Below are positions 1 to 13,277 of a stretch of DNA of 64,000 nt, in pieces; position 1 is the stretch's first letter; every line of letters starts with the position of its first letter. The DNA comes from Octopus bimaculoides (lineage: Eukaryota): positions 49,672,518 to 49,736,517 of the forward strand of contig NC_068987.1 of NCBI RefSeq assembly GCF_001194135.2, read 5' to 3'. The notes under the pieces are model-generated. The model was not told the origin of the DNA. It worked only from the letters and a program-made list of their open reading frames with translations, and ran no database searches. The position numbers and the translations under genes were made by a program.

Positions 1-35
<35 letters not shown>

Positions 36-65
36 CATACATACTCACACACACACATATATATA

Positions 66-293
66 TTGGGTTGTCCAGAAAGTTCGTGCCGATTTATAGC
101 AGCTTACCTTTCGGCTTATTTGCCATGAAACCACCTCAATTCTGGGAAGAGGGTATTTTCAAGTTAAAGGAAAGATGGAGACGCATTGTGTAACAAAATG
201 GTTCATATTTGGTTCATTAAAAATGTAATGCCAAGTATTTATTGACCTTTTTCTTTCCTTTAAAAATCAGCATGAACTTTCCGGACAACACAA
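66..293. mobile_element. Mariner-type MITE
   Basis: Terminal inverted repeats (TIRs) TTGGGTTGTCCAGAAAGTTCGTGCCGATTT / AAATCAGCATGAACTTTCCGGACAACACAA, flanked by TA. Confidence 0.8.
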
Positions 294-303
294 TACATAC
301 ACA

Positions 304-340
<37 letters not shown>

Positions 341-1499
341 ATATGTAACGTAACAGTTTAGAAAAAACCCAGAATGTATGTATGTGTATATGTATATATG
401 AAAAATACAAAAATGGGACAAGAACGCAAAACATCCAGACAGACGATACAAAGAAAACAAGGACGAGTCATTCAGAGTTTTCTTTCCTCAGTCGAGTTCC
501 AGATTATCTTTGCAATTTCGGCTGGTTATACTCGAGATTGCTCCAATCTGGCCAACCCCAAGGAAAAACTAAGCTAAGAGCACTAGATTCATTGGAAGGA
601 AGCAGCGAATGTATACGAAAAGAAGGACGGGGAAAAAAACGGAGAAATAGTACACAAATACAAATAACAGGACATTAACAATGGGTGTCTTTTGACTAAA
701 GACGAATTAGATTAAGCTGGCATGTGTGGAAGTAAAGCCTTATGGCAGGGACATAAGATTTGACAGACACAGGGAGGAATATAGATGTTGCACGGAAAGG
801 TCAGACTTGACCGAACACCAGTCACGTGGGAAGAGAAGAGCCAGAGGTAGAGCCAGAGGAAAAGAAGAATTAAGGAGGGGCGAGAAAAAAAGGGAAGGGA
901 CAGAGTGAAGTCAAAGAGGAGGAGAGGTGAGCATGAAGAGAAGGCCAGGAAATGTGAGAGGGGGAAACGAAAGAACGAAGAGTGGAATGAATGAAGTAAG
1001 TGTGAAGGGGCTGATAGAAAGAAGGAAAGAATGAAAGAATAGAAAGAATAATAGAGTCGTACAAAATTTAGATATATATATATATATATACTTACATATA
1101 AGAGACCAAAGTATACGTACGCTGCTATACTTATATATAAAAAATACAAAAATGGGATAAGAACGCAAAACATCCAGACAGTTAGGTGATTCAAAAAAGG
1201 GATAACAAAACATCCAGACAGACGATACAAAGAAAACAAGGACGGGTCATTCGAAGTTTTCTTTCCTCAGTCGAGATGTATATAAGAACCTTTTCATAAT
1301 AAATCTGAATGTATTCTCATGCAAATAGTTGCATGTCTGGACATGTGCATATATACTTAAATGATAAACGTCTGGAAAGTATTATAAATCTTTACAGTTC
1401 CAGTGACGGCTAGTATCTGTAGTCTTCAAATGTATATGCATATGTGTTATTGTGCGTCATTGTGCACAATTGTCTTGACATCATATTATGGCTGTAAAT

Positions 1500-1700
1500 G
1501 AGCATTACCGTTGTATAAAGGGAGTTGTTTCCAGTCTTCCATGTAAAACGTGTCTGGGGAATGATAACTTTGCCTAGAAACAGGTGAGGGTTAAGGACAG
1601 GAAGGTATCCTGCAGTAGAAAATTTGCGTCAACAAATTCCGTCTGATCCATGCAAGCATGGAAAAGTGATTGTTAAATGATGACGATAATGATTGTAATA
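1500..1700 (+). mobile_element. Degenerate SINE/LINE 3' tail fragment (V-domain-like)
   Basis: GGAAGGTATCCTGCAGTAGAAAA...CCATGCAAGCATGGAAAAG...ATGATGA resembles the tail at 63800-63935. Confidence 0.55.
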
Positions 1701-2589
1701 TGCACATACATGTATGTATGTATGTATGTATGTATGTATGCATGCATGTACATTTCTCAGCCAAACAATAAAAAAACACAGTTCAATAAAAGATAAAATA
1801 CATTACTTTGGATATAGAATATATATATNNNNNNNNNNNNNNNNNNNNNNNNNNNNNNNNNNNNNNNNNNNNNNNNNNNNNNNNNNNNNNNNNNNNNNNN
1901 NNNNNNNNNNNNNNNNNNNNNNNNNNNNNNNNNNNNNNNNNNNNNNNNNNNNNNNNNNNNNNNNNNNNNNNNNNNNNNNNNNNNNNNNNNNNNNNNNNNN
2001 NNNNNNNNNNNNNNNNNNNNNNNNNNNNNNNNNNNNNNNNNNNNNNNNNNNNNNNNNNNNNNNNNNNNNNNNTATATATATATATATGTATGGGTGAGTG
2101 TGTTGTGTTGTGTGTAGTTGGAATAATCACATAAAATAAATTGCTTATATTTCGTGTCTTTCGCTACTATTGTTTTAATAGCCTTTCACAGACCATTTCA
2201 TCAGATGAATGCATCGAAATATGAAAACAGAGTAGAAATAAATTGTTTCTGTGTTTAGTTCCACTATATGCGGCGCTTGATAATGCGTTATAGCCTGAGC
2301 CATATTTAAGCTAATTTGTAGAATGCATTCGAACTACGCTTAACATAGTTCAAACATTGAGCCATTATTTGTATGGTAATATCTCATGCATTTTAGTATA
2401 TCACTAAGTGTGTGTGTGTGTGTGTTTGTGTCTTATCACAAACATTACACTGTAATAGCTGACTCACGTTTATTTGATCTTCGGACATTATTTTGTTGAT
2501 AACATGTATCATATTCCACTTATCTATCTATCTATCTATCTGTCTGTCAGTCTGTCTTATCTATCTTCCTAATTTCCTCCTTCTCTACT

Positions 2590-2715
2590 TATTTACCTAC
2601 CTACCTACTGCCTACCTACTTACTTACCTACCTACCTACCTACCTACCTACCTACTACCTACCTACCTACCTACCTACCTACCTACCTACTTACCTAACT
2701 AACTAACTAACTAAC
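2590..2715. repeat. (CTAC)n/(CTAA)n tetranucleotide microsatellite
   Basis: Directly visible. Confidence 0.95.
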
Positions 2716-2747
2716 TTTTTATCTATATTCTGTTATTCTTGTATTCT

Positions 2748-3196
2748 TTGACTTGTTTCAGTCATTTGAATGTGGCCATGCTGGAGCACTGCCTTGAAGA
2801 ATGTTAGTCCAAAAAATTGATCCCAGGACTTATTTTTAAGTCCCAGAACTTATTCTATCAGTCTCTTTTGCTGAATCGCTAAGTTATGGGGACGTAAACA
2901 CACCAACACTGGTTGTCAAGCGGTGATGGGGGACAAACACAGACTCAATGAGACGCACACATAGGTACATACACACACACGCACACACACATACACACAA
3001 ATACATACACTCGCAAACACTCCCACACACACACATTATGTATATGAAGGGTTTTTTTCAGTTTCCGTCTACCAAATCCACTCACAAGGCTTTTGGTCGG
3101 CCCAAAGCTATAGTAGAAGACACTTTCCCAAGGTGCCACATAGTGGTACTGAACCTGGAATCATGTGGTTGAGAAGCAAGGTTCTTACCACACTGC
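2748..3196 (-). mobile_element. tRNA/CORE-type SINE (family A)
   Basis: Carries the GTGGCACCTTGGGAAAG core, a CA-rich middle and the CCAGCATGGCCACA...GACTGAAACAAG tail shared with other copies. Confidence 0.8.
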
Positions 3197-4715
3197 CATA
3201 ATTTTTAATAAGTCTTCTGGCTATTTGCGACATCAGTGTCTGAAAAGATGCTGATATTTTATATATTGTAACAGCGCAACTTGACTGGTATATGGTGACC
3301 GGGTGCCTCCCACTGATGATTTCCAGTGGAATGAAATCATGTGATATGGCAGTTCCGATGCCCATGACAGACGATAAAATAAGTACCAGTTGGGCACTGG
3401 GCTCGATGTAGTCAACCTACTCCCCCCCACCCCCAAAACTGTTGGCTTTGTGCCAAAATTTGAAAGTATTATTATCATCATCACTATCATCATCATCATC
3501 ATCATCATCATTATACGTATGTATGTATTTTTGTTTGCTTGGAGTAACAGAAGTCTTCTCTGTTCGTTCAGAGTTTATCCTAACCAGCAAAGAAATATCC
3601 AGAATTGTGTGTGATTGTACAGTAAAACCACGTGGAGAAGGAAAGCTGAAATAAAAAAATTTTAAAAATGAAGCAGAAAATAAATGATTCAAGAGTGGCA
3701 TCTAGTCTTTCTCATTCGCAAAATTTTTATTCTGCTGAGATTGCTTTCAATTTTGGTGCATCGATGCAACTCTGAATTNNNNNNNNNNNNNNNNNNNNNN
3801 NNNNNNNNNNNNNNNNNNNNNNNNNNNNNNNNNNNNNNNNNNNNNNNNNNNNNNNNNNNNNNNNNNNNNNNNNNNNNNNNNNNNNNNNNNNNNNNNNNNN
3901 NNNNNNNNNNNNNNNNNNNNNNNNNNNNNNNNNNNNNNNNNNNNNNNNNNNNNNNNNNNNNNNNNNNNNNNNNNNNNNNNNNNNNNNNNNNNNNNNNNNN
4001 NNNNNNNNNNNNNNNNNNNNNNNNNNNNNNNNNNNNNNNNNNNNNNNNNNNNCTCTGAATTTTGATTACAATCGACCAATTACTTTATCTTGTAAATTAA
4101 AGAAGTTGATGTAATTTGAAATTAAAGTTGGGAAATTTGGGTAATTTTGGCCAATCAACAGACAGTGTGGCATTAGCAGCTTGTTACCATGACAACTGCA
4201 TGCAGTGTTGTGGTTCGCTGTTGTTTATGTTGAGCTTTTACACAGGATTCTTCACATTTCAAGATTCTTTTCACCTGCGTGTTTTGTTTTAATTTTTCTG
4301 CGTGTTAGTATATTACATACTTTTCTGTGCTTTTTCTGTGTGTTAGTATTTTTACATATTTTTCATTTCATATAGTTTTGGAACTCATTGACACAGATAG
4401 CTGGATTTATTGATTTCATTGGGTTAATTCTATTCATAAAAATTTTAATTAGGTCTATTTCTTAAACCGTTAGCTTCACAGTTCAACAGCTTAACTGAAA
4501 TTTAGCCCACGTAACAGGAACTGAGAGGGATATCGTGGAACAGAGAAACTGTGGGTGATACAGATAATTTGACATTATTTTTGAATTCTGCACGCAAAAA
4601 CATATAAGATACAGTTATTCATTTCCTTGGGACAAATTCTTTGTTGACCAGTGTTATTCTTATCGTAGTTTACAAATCCAAGCATGAAAACGTTACTCAA
4701 CTTTGGAGTTTTGGA

Positions 4716-4717
<2 letters not shown>

Positions 4718-4803
<86 letters not shown>
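4718..4803. repeat. (CA)n microsatellite
   Basis: Perfect CA run. Confidence 0.98.
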
Positions 4804-4806
<3 letters not shown>

Positions 4807-6352
4807 ATACACATGCATGCACATACATCATCATCATCATCATCATCGTTTAACGTCCGCTTTCCATGCTAGCATGGGTTGGACGATTTGACTCGAAGTA
4901 CACAAATATATGACAAGTAGACATAATACTGAAATACGCATAAAGTAAACATGCAGACAAATATATTAATGTAACAAATTTTTAAAAATAAAAAAATACA
5001 ATCAATGAAGAGACAAAAGAAACAGTAAGATGATACATATTGATTTTTTTTTTAGTTATCTGTTTATTTAGAAACCTACAATGAACAGGTAAGACGCTAA
5101 ACTATAAATTTCACAGGGGACAACCTTAAAGTTGACACCACTCTGCTAAACGCAGAAAATTTCTGTCTTGCTATTGGCTAAAAATACACAGTTTTTTCGA
5201 TTTTTAAACTTCTGTAACTTTTTTCTCCACAGCATTATACCTTCAAAACAATGAGCCTGAAAGGTTACATTATTATAGCCGATTTTCAGATTTTTTATTT
5301 CCTTTTAGAAAATGCACATTTTGCGAATGAAAAAAAGCTATATCTGGACAGATGTGTGTACATCGAGATGACTAAATGTAATGATTAGATGTGAAGGGTT
5401 ACTATATATTTACAAATTTATTTGCCGGCAGTGGTTAGTAACATATACATAGTAGGAATTGTCAATTCCTACTACTGTCATAGTAGGAATTGACAATAGT
5501 AACGATGTGTAGGTGGGTCACTGGTAGTTGGTAGTGTGTAAGCTGTGCATTCTGCTTATAGAGAGCAAGAAAGGGTTAGAATTACGTTGTCCCTTTCCAT
5601 TTGGCCCTTGCTATTGCTCCTGGTTAATGGCTGACACGAATAGAGATGTGTGCTCTCTATTTGCCGGTGGAACCAAAGAGGGCGAAAGAGAGAGAGGGGA
5701 GAGAGAGAGATTAATTATCTCAGTTATATAGGACTTTTCTTCAATGCACCTTTTCACTGACCCCAAAGGGGCAGTGCCACCCACTTTGGGAACCACTGAT
5801 ATAGGGTATGGTCAGGAAGTAGGTTAAACAAAGGACTGACCCTTCCGTGACCACAAAGGGATCTGGAGGTCAGGCGTTTCTCATTAATCTCCCAGCATGG
5901 AGATAAAACAATGGAATCAAACATTCATCTGATAAGCAACAAGTGTTTAGATTCGGATTCAAATCTCAGTAAGCGATTCCCTACAAGAGTATCTTTTAAT
6001 TGGAAAATCCATAAAATTCTAGAAATGCCTCTCTAGTAATAAAATCCACAGTTGAAATAATTCCCAGTCATTGAATATTTAACTGCAAATACAAGTGCAT
6101 ATCACAGTAATATTGTGATGTACAGATGTCTCATTAATGAGAGACCTGTCATGTATGCATGTACGTACGTATGTATGTATGTATGTATGTATGTATGTAT
6201 GTATGTATGTATGTGTAGCGATTTAATACTCAACCGAAAGAGTAATTAATAGTTTCATGCTTTTATGATACTTTAACTAGGAATATTCATAAAATACACC
6301 ATGTCAATGATCCACCTATATTGGATCAATAAACTATATATATGTGTGTGTG

Positions 6353-6354
<2 letters not shown>

Positions 6355-6397
<43 letters not shown>

Positions 6398-6400
6398 TCA

Positions 6401-6454
<54 letters not shown>
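6355..6454. repeat. (TA)n followed by (TAT)n microsatellite
   Basis: Directly visible. Confidence 0.95.
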
Positions 6455-6455
<1 letters not shown>

Positions 6456-6733
6456 GTCTGGGGAGAGTCATTCTCTTTTAGTGCCTTATTACTTATTGAC
6501 ACACTCACTGGTTCGGTGTCCACTCATTCGATTATTTATTTTTTCTAAAATTTTCATTGCGCCTTGCAACCTCTTCAATAGTCATTGACTCTGTCCATTG
6601 TAGCTTTGATAACGGACAGTCAATGACTATTCAAGAGGCTGGAAGATGCAACGAAATAGGTAAATGAATGGAAAACGAATCAGTGAGTGTGTTAAGTAAT
6701 TAGGTACTAAAAGAGAATGACTCTCCCCAAACA
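6455..6733. mobile_element. Fold-back MITE-like element
   Basis: Inverted arms TGGGGAGAGTCATTCTCTTTTAGT...AATAGTCATTGACT(CT)GTCC / GGACAGTCAATGACTATT...ACTAAAAGAGAATGACTCTCCCCA. Confidence 0.75.
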
Positions 6734-6871
6734 CAATAAAATATGCTTCAACACATGAATTCACATAAAGAATCTTGGAAACCAAATATAAAAACATTGT
6801 GTGTGTGTGTGTGTGTGTGTGCATGTGCATGTACGTGTGCGTGTGTATCTACTAATGAATATTTGTATGTA

Positions 6872-7171
6872 TGTAAAGAATAAAAAGTTTAGAATGGTAC
6901 AACAATGCACTATAAAACAAAAAATGGACTATATACTTGTTGTAATTTGGTTATCTATAGTCCGATGATATTTTGGAATTACAATTCCTTCTTCAGATCT
7001 TCTTAGCTGGAGTCTCTGCTATAGCTGAGACTCCAGCTAAGAAGATCTGAAGAAGGAATTCTAATTCCAAAATATCATCGGACTATAGATAACCAAATTA
7101 CAACAAGTATATAGTCCATTTTTTGTTCTATAGTGCATTGTTGTACCATTCTAAACTTTTTATTCTTTACA
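6872..7171. repeat. 300-bp near-perfect palindrome with no spacer
   Basis: Position i pairs with 14043-i. The centre is GCTA|TAGC at 7021/7022. About 3 mismatches were seen by eye. Confidence 0.95.
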
Positions 7172-7625
7172 AACAATACACAATGCTTCAAGTGAACTAC
7201 AATACTCTCCTATTTGTATGTATGTGTTTCTTTTCTATTTCTAATTATTTGAATTCTTNNNNNNNNNNNNNNNNNNNNNNNNNNNNNNNNNNNNNNNNNN
7301 NNNNNNNNNNNNNNNNNNNNNNNNNNNNNNNNNNNNNNNNNNNNNNNNNNNNNNNNNNNNNNNNNNNNNNNNNNNNNNNNNNNNNNNNNNNNNNNNNNNN
7401 NNNNNNNNNNNNNNNNNNNNNNNNNNNNNNNNNNNNNNNNNNNNNNNNNNNNNNNNNNNNNNNNNNNNNNNNNNNNNNNNNNNNNNNNNNNNNNNNNNNN
7501 NNNNNNNNNNNNNNNNNNNNNNNNNNNNNNNNNNNNNNNNNNNNNNNNNNNNNNNNNNNNNNNNNNNNNNNNNNNNNNNNNNNNNNNNNNNNNNNNNNNN
7601 NNNNNNNNNNNNNNNNNNNNNNNNN

Positions 7626-7970
7626 CCTTTAGTCGAGCAAATCGACCCCAGGACTTATTCTTTGGAAGCCTAGTACTTATTCTATCGGTCTCTTTTTGCC
7701 GAACCACTAAGTTACGGGGACGTAAACACACCAGCATCGGTTGTCAAGCGATGTTGTGGGGACAAACACAGACACACAAATATACATACATATATATATA
7801 CATATACGACAGGCTTCTTTCAGTTTCCGTCTACCAAATCCACTCACAAGGCTTTGGTCGGCCCGAGGCTATAGTAGAAGACACTTGCCCAAGGTGCCAC
7901 GCAGTGGGACTGAACCCGGAACCATGTGGCTGGTAAGCAGGCTACTTACCACACAGCCACTCCTGCACCT
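7626..7970 (-). mobile_element. tRNA/CORE-type SINE (family A)
   Basis: Near-intact copy with head GGTGCAGGAGTGGCTGTGTGGTAAG, B-box GGTTCAGTCCC and CORE-like GTGGCACCTTGGGCAAGT. Confidence 0.88.
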
Positions 7971-8724
7971 ATGTTTTGTATATTTTGATTGTTTCACTTA
8001 CAGATTTTTTTTTTTAAGTGCGCATTAGCTGGTTACTTTCTTTGTCTGAAAATCCCAGCTTCTCGAGGCTGCCACTTAAACATTTAACCACATAGCTAAT
8101 GTGCACTTGTAATCATTGATATAAACTGATATAAATTTATATAAACAACTAGAGTAGAAAAGCTGTTCTCGTTCTCATTGAATTTGGGAAAAATATTCAC
8201 TTCTGCAGATGCACTGACCTCTGTGAATGTACCTATTGTTTCTTTTCATTCAAAAACAACTGTTACATTTGCACCTACCGGAAGTTTTAATGGTAATTTT
8301 CCATCAATATTCCTTCTGTAGGTATATTGTCTATGTTTATTTCCAGAAAACTTTTCCTATAAATGGTATTGTATAAGGTCAGCAATTCTAGGAGATGGTG
8401 GGGGTTGATTACATTCACCAGTGCTCAGTTTTTATTTTATCAACTCCAGAAAGAGGAAGCCAAACACCTACTGGGGTTTAAAAATCTTATCCCTACAACC
8501 CACACAAAACAATAAATTAAAATATCATCATTTCTAAAAATAGATTTGACATCAATTCTAAAAAAAGCCAAACACCTACTGCTGCTGTCCAAAGGAATTG
8601 GTATAAAAGACAGAAAACCAGCCAACTTATTACAGTCTGTTAAAGTCTGTCATACCGGCCCGCCATGACGAAGGGAAATAGCCCTGAAACTCGAGTCGCC
8701 TTTATATNNNNNNNNNNATATATG

Positions 8725-8775
<51 letters not shown>

Positions 8776-9386
8776 GTATATATATATATATATGTATATG
8801 TACATGTATATATAGATGTATATGTATATATAGATGTATATGTATATATATATGTATGCATATATACATATGTGTATATGTTTATATAGATATATGTATA
8901 TATGTGCATAGCTCCTACACACACACAACACACACTCACACACACACACCCAAGTATACATACATGGACACACACGCAAATGAACCCACACATAACTCCC
9001 ATACACACACAACAAACACTAACACATACACGCACACACACAAATAACCCACATCCAATCCACAGAGCAAATTGAACGCATATACACACACACGTACACA
9101 CACATATATATACACATACACACACGCACACACAGATATAGGCACACACTGCAAGAAAAACACACTCACACAACATACACATACATGCACACACACATAT
9201 TTAAAAACTGCTTGCTCACTTTCTACTGACCATCGTCCAAGCACATGAAAAAAGGTGACACACAGACAATCACTCCCAAATAATTCCTGCTACTAATTCC
9301 TTCTACAACGTTAAGCGACACACACACACTAACATATAAACAGCCAAACCACACACATACGCACATACACATGCTGNNNNNNNNNN

Positions 9387-9432
<46 letters not shown>

Positions 9433-9504
9433 GTGCATATATATATGTATATATATCTAAATATATCTGTATGTATGTATATATATATATATATCTATAT
9501 ATAT

Positions 9505-10540
9505 TAGGGCTCGCAAAAAACTGACAATTCCCAAAACCGAGTTTAAGTATAAGTAATTCTCAAAACCGGTTAAAAACCGGTTTTTGCAGATTTAGAGCGG
9601 TGTCCCTGTAATGAAGAAGTTTGTCATATATTGTATTTTGTTTATATACATACACAGAGAAAGAGAGATAGTAACAGGCTGACTGATATCCACAAATATG
9701 TTGATGGTGCCTGTATCTGTATCTATGTACAAACAATAACAAAAAATAATGGTATTATATTTATTTAATCAGGAATGCAACGTTTTTCCAAGTCGTTCTA
9801 TTTTTGAGAATCAAGTTTCTTGACTTGTTTGATGATTCACTTTCCTTCGAAAATAATCTTTTAAAAAACACAATGCATTCGGTGTTTTACCTGACAAACT
9901 TGTCCTAATTTTTGTGTTGAAAAGTCCAGTAATTGAAAAAGCTCTTTCCGACTGGACACTAGTTGCTTTAGTTGTAAGCAATGCTCTATAAAGTTTCTCG
10001 AGCTTTTCATTTGTGTTCGAAGTTGCTTCAAAATATTTGAATTCTTTAGAGATTTCAAATCCATCTGTTACTATCTTAGGCTTTTCATTCATTTTCTTCA
10101 TTGCGCTTGTGTATTCACGCATGAGTTCATTACCTTCGTAAGTAGATGGGACAACAGTAACACTTGTTTTAGGTTCCCTCCTATTTCATTTTCTTTGTAT
10201 AATTCTGTTGTCTTCTAAGCATCATATTCAGGAAATAATCTCCTATATGTTTGTTCAGCATACTTCCTTAAATGTTGTTTCGTTAAAAAAAGAAAAGGTC
10301 CAGAAATTGATTCACCTTTAAATTTCCTTGGGTTATGTAAATACCTCAAGAGAGTCAAGGTTTCGACATTTCTTCTCTTATTGTATCTATGCATAAGTAT
10401 TTCCCGAAGATTTAGAGCCAAAGGGTTGCTGAGGATATTAAGTTTATTCAATAAAAATTCTATAGAATATTCTGCTTCTACCTGCCCATGAGCTAAGTTA
10501 TTCCATTCTAGACACCAAACCAACACTCAAACACTCAATA
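9505..10540 (-). mobile_element. hAT DNA transposon 3' fragment (degenerate transposase)
   Basis: ORF 9811-10122 carries the hAT dimerisation motif TSVQSERAFS. ORF 10215-10526 is the adjacent transposase segment. The terminus is TAGGGCT with AAACCG subterminal repeats. Confidence 0.85.
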
Positions 10541-10544
10541 AAGT

Positions 10545-12520
10545 GATCAAATATCACTTCGGTGACCAACGCGGAGTAGCTCATTCATTAAAAAAAACTT
10601 AGGCAATACACTTCTTTCTCAGTCCTTAAACCCCAATGAAACTTACAGAAAGCTGAAAAGGAAAGTGCAGACTGCTTTAAGGAAAATTAAACAGGAATGA
10701 TGGAATGATAGAGCAAAAGGGGCACAAGAAACAGCTGATAGAAATGATGCCAAGGGTTTGTACTCTTACGTTACGGAGGGATATGGCCCAAAATCTTCTT
10801 CAATAGCTCCAGTGAGAAAATAAGGGTTGGGTAGAACATTTTTTTGCACTTTTGAATAGACCATCATCCGTTGACATGAGGACAACAGAAAAAATTGAAC
10901 ACCTTCCAGTTATAGAAGAGATGGAATTTGAACCAACTCTAAATGACATTTATTTACCTGTGAATAGGCTAAATAGTAATAAGTCTCTACGGTCTGATGG
11001 AATCTGTGCAGAAGTCTTGAAATATAAGGTGACAAAATGTTTCAAATCTTAAGTGCCTCAAGACTGGACTGATGCCATTTAATCTCCTTGTATATATCGG
11101 GGCCAAAGGATCTGTGTGGTAATTTTCGTGGGATTTCGCTTTTGTTTGTGGTTGGAAAGATACTTGCCCACTTTTTGTTAGAACGTTTAATACCTTCATA
11201 GTTCCAAATATGGTGTCTGAGTCAAAGTGTGGGTTTTGTTCCTCCAGGGGCACAGATGATTGTACCTTTAGTGTCAGATAATTACAAGAAAAGTGCATTG
11301 AACAGAATCTTGCTCTATATCATTGCTTTGTTGATTTGAGCAAAGCATTCGATACTGTTAATTGAAATGCTCTGTGGCTAATTCTAAGTAAAATAGATTG
11401 CCCAGAAAAATTTGTAAACATGATCAGGGCTTTGCATCTAGATATGAAAGCTAGAGTTAACTTTCGTGGTAGGTTCTCTGAATCTTTTGTTGTGGAAAAT
11501 GGAGTAAAGCAAGGAGACCTTGATGCACCCACCCTCTTTGCAATATACTTTGCTGTTGTGTTGTCACATGCTTTTCAAAACTCTAAGGAGGGTATTTACA
11601 TAAAATATCGAACAACAGGGAATGTTTTTAATGTGACCAGACTGAAATTCAATTCAAAATGAAGGTTTTTACTTCACTCATTAGGGAACTTTTGTACGCT
11701 AACGATTGCGATCTTGTCAGTCTCTCTGAAACAGGTCTGCAATCTCTTGTATCTGCATTTGACTCAGCTTGTGATGATTTTGGCTTGACCTTCAACTTGA
11801 AAAAAAGTTTTAATGCATCAACTTGCATGTGGTGCTTTTGTTAAGGGAAAATTACTTGAGGTTGTCAATTTGTTTGTCTACTTTAGAAGCTCTGTTCAAA
11901 ATGATTGAAATCTTGATACCGAAATACACCTGCGAATTCAAAGGGCAGCAAAAGCATTTGGTGGCTTGGAGTCACGCATTTGGTGCCAGTGACATATAAA
12001 TAAGAATACAAAGCTGGCTCTTTACAAATCATTTGTCTTACCATCCCTGTTGTATTCCTGTGAAACTTGGACTTGTAATGAAAGGCATTTTGAATTGTTA
12101 GAACAATTCTACCAAAAATGCCTTCATCGCATTTTAAAAATTAAACGGAGTTCTTTTACTCCAAAAAAAGATGTCCTTGCATCTGCAGGCATCACATCAA
12201 TTAAAGCTATGATTTTGAGAAACCAACTGAGATGGTGTGGCCATATTGTTCGAATGGCAGATGAACACATGCCGAAACAGCTGTTTTATGGTGAGTTTGC
12301 AGAGGGGAAACGTTATCAGTGTAAACCTACAAAAGGGTTCAAGGACGGTATAAGGACTACTATGAAGTCACTTGGAGTGGTTCCAGAAGATATAGAAACC
12401 CTTGCTTCAGATCGAGTTGGATGGCGAACAAAGGCGTGGAGTGGAGTGAAAGCATTTGAAGAAGCCAGGATAATGCAAGTAAGACTCAAAAGAGATTTAA
12501 GGATTGCACATCAGTTTCAG
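10545..12520 (+). mobile_element. RTE-clade LINE, degenerate reverse transcriptase
   Basis: Frameshifted fragments FVDLSKAFDTV, NGVKQGDLDAPTLF, LLYANDCDL, YSCETWT, LRWCGHIVRM..PKQLFYGE, DR.GWR. Confidence 0.92.
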
Positions 12521-12578
12521 CAGTGCAGATTCAGGGAAGTTTTTAGTGCTTTAAAGCATGTAATATTTAAAACAAACT

Positions 12579-12780
12579 AAGGTGGCAAGCTGGCAGAATT
12601 GTTAGCACTCCGGGCTTCATTCGTCTTTATGTTCTCAGTTCTAATTCCCCCAAAGTCGACTCTGCCTTTCCTGCTTTCAAGCTTGCTAAAATTAAGTACC
12701 AACTGAATACTGGGATCGATGTAATCGACTTACCCCTTCCTGAAATTGCTCGCCTTGTGCCAAAATTAAAAATCAATATT
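12579..12780 (+). mobile_element. tRNA-derived SINE (family B)
   Basis: GGTGGCAAGCTGGCAGAATTGTTAGC head, GTCGACTCTGCCTTTC middle and AAGTACCA...GATCGATGTAATCGACT tail. Confidence 0.75.
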
Positions 12781-13039
12781 TAAAGCAAGCAAACAAACAA
12801 TATATTACAAAACACTATGAAAGTACCTTGGCTATAGCAGAAAACATTATTGTATATAAAAAATAAGTTAGTAGTATGGCTGTACATAAAGCAAGAAATC
12901 ACAATAGTAGAAATATCCATCAGAGACAAAATTAACTTATGGGCAGCTCAATTTCACAAACAGGACCCGAGGCGATTTATTTTGAGACATGTCTTTTTCT
13001 CAATAAAGCTGCATCCTTATGTCTTCAACTACAGTATAC

Positions 13040-13075
<36 letters not shown>

Positions 13076-13241
13076 AGTAGGATTGAATGTATTCAGTACA
13101 CAGGGATTTTATCATTCTGGCTTAGGCTTTTATTGCTCATCGTATAATCACATGGAATTCATAATGTTGCAGACAGAAATATACACAAACATATATAAAT
13201 ATATATATATATATACATACATACATGCATACATACATACA

Positions 13242-13277
<36 letters not shown>

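Noticed and set aside
400-1275. ~95-bp direct repeat at ~403-497 and ~1141-1275
   Set aside because: It looks like fragments of a dispersed repeat with internal slippage. There is no spacer/repeat periodicity and it is not CRISPR-like.
4130-4200. CCAAT plus RFX X-box-like GTTACCATGACAAC
   Set aside because: It is embedded in sequence resembling a repeat also seen at ~47200-47260, with no associated gene start.
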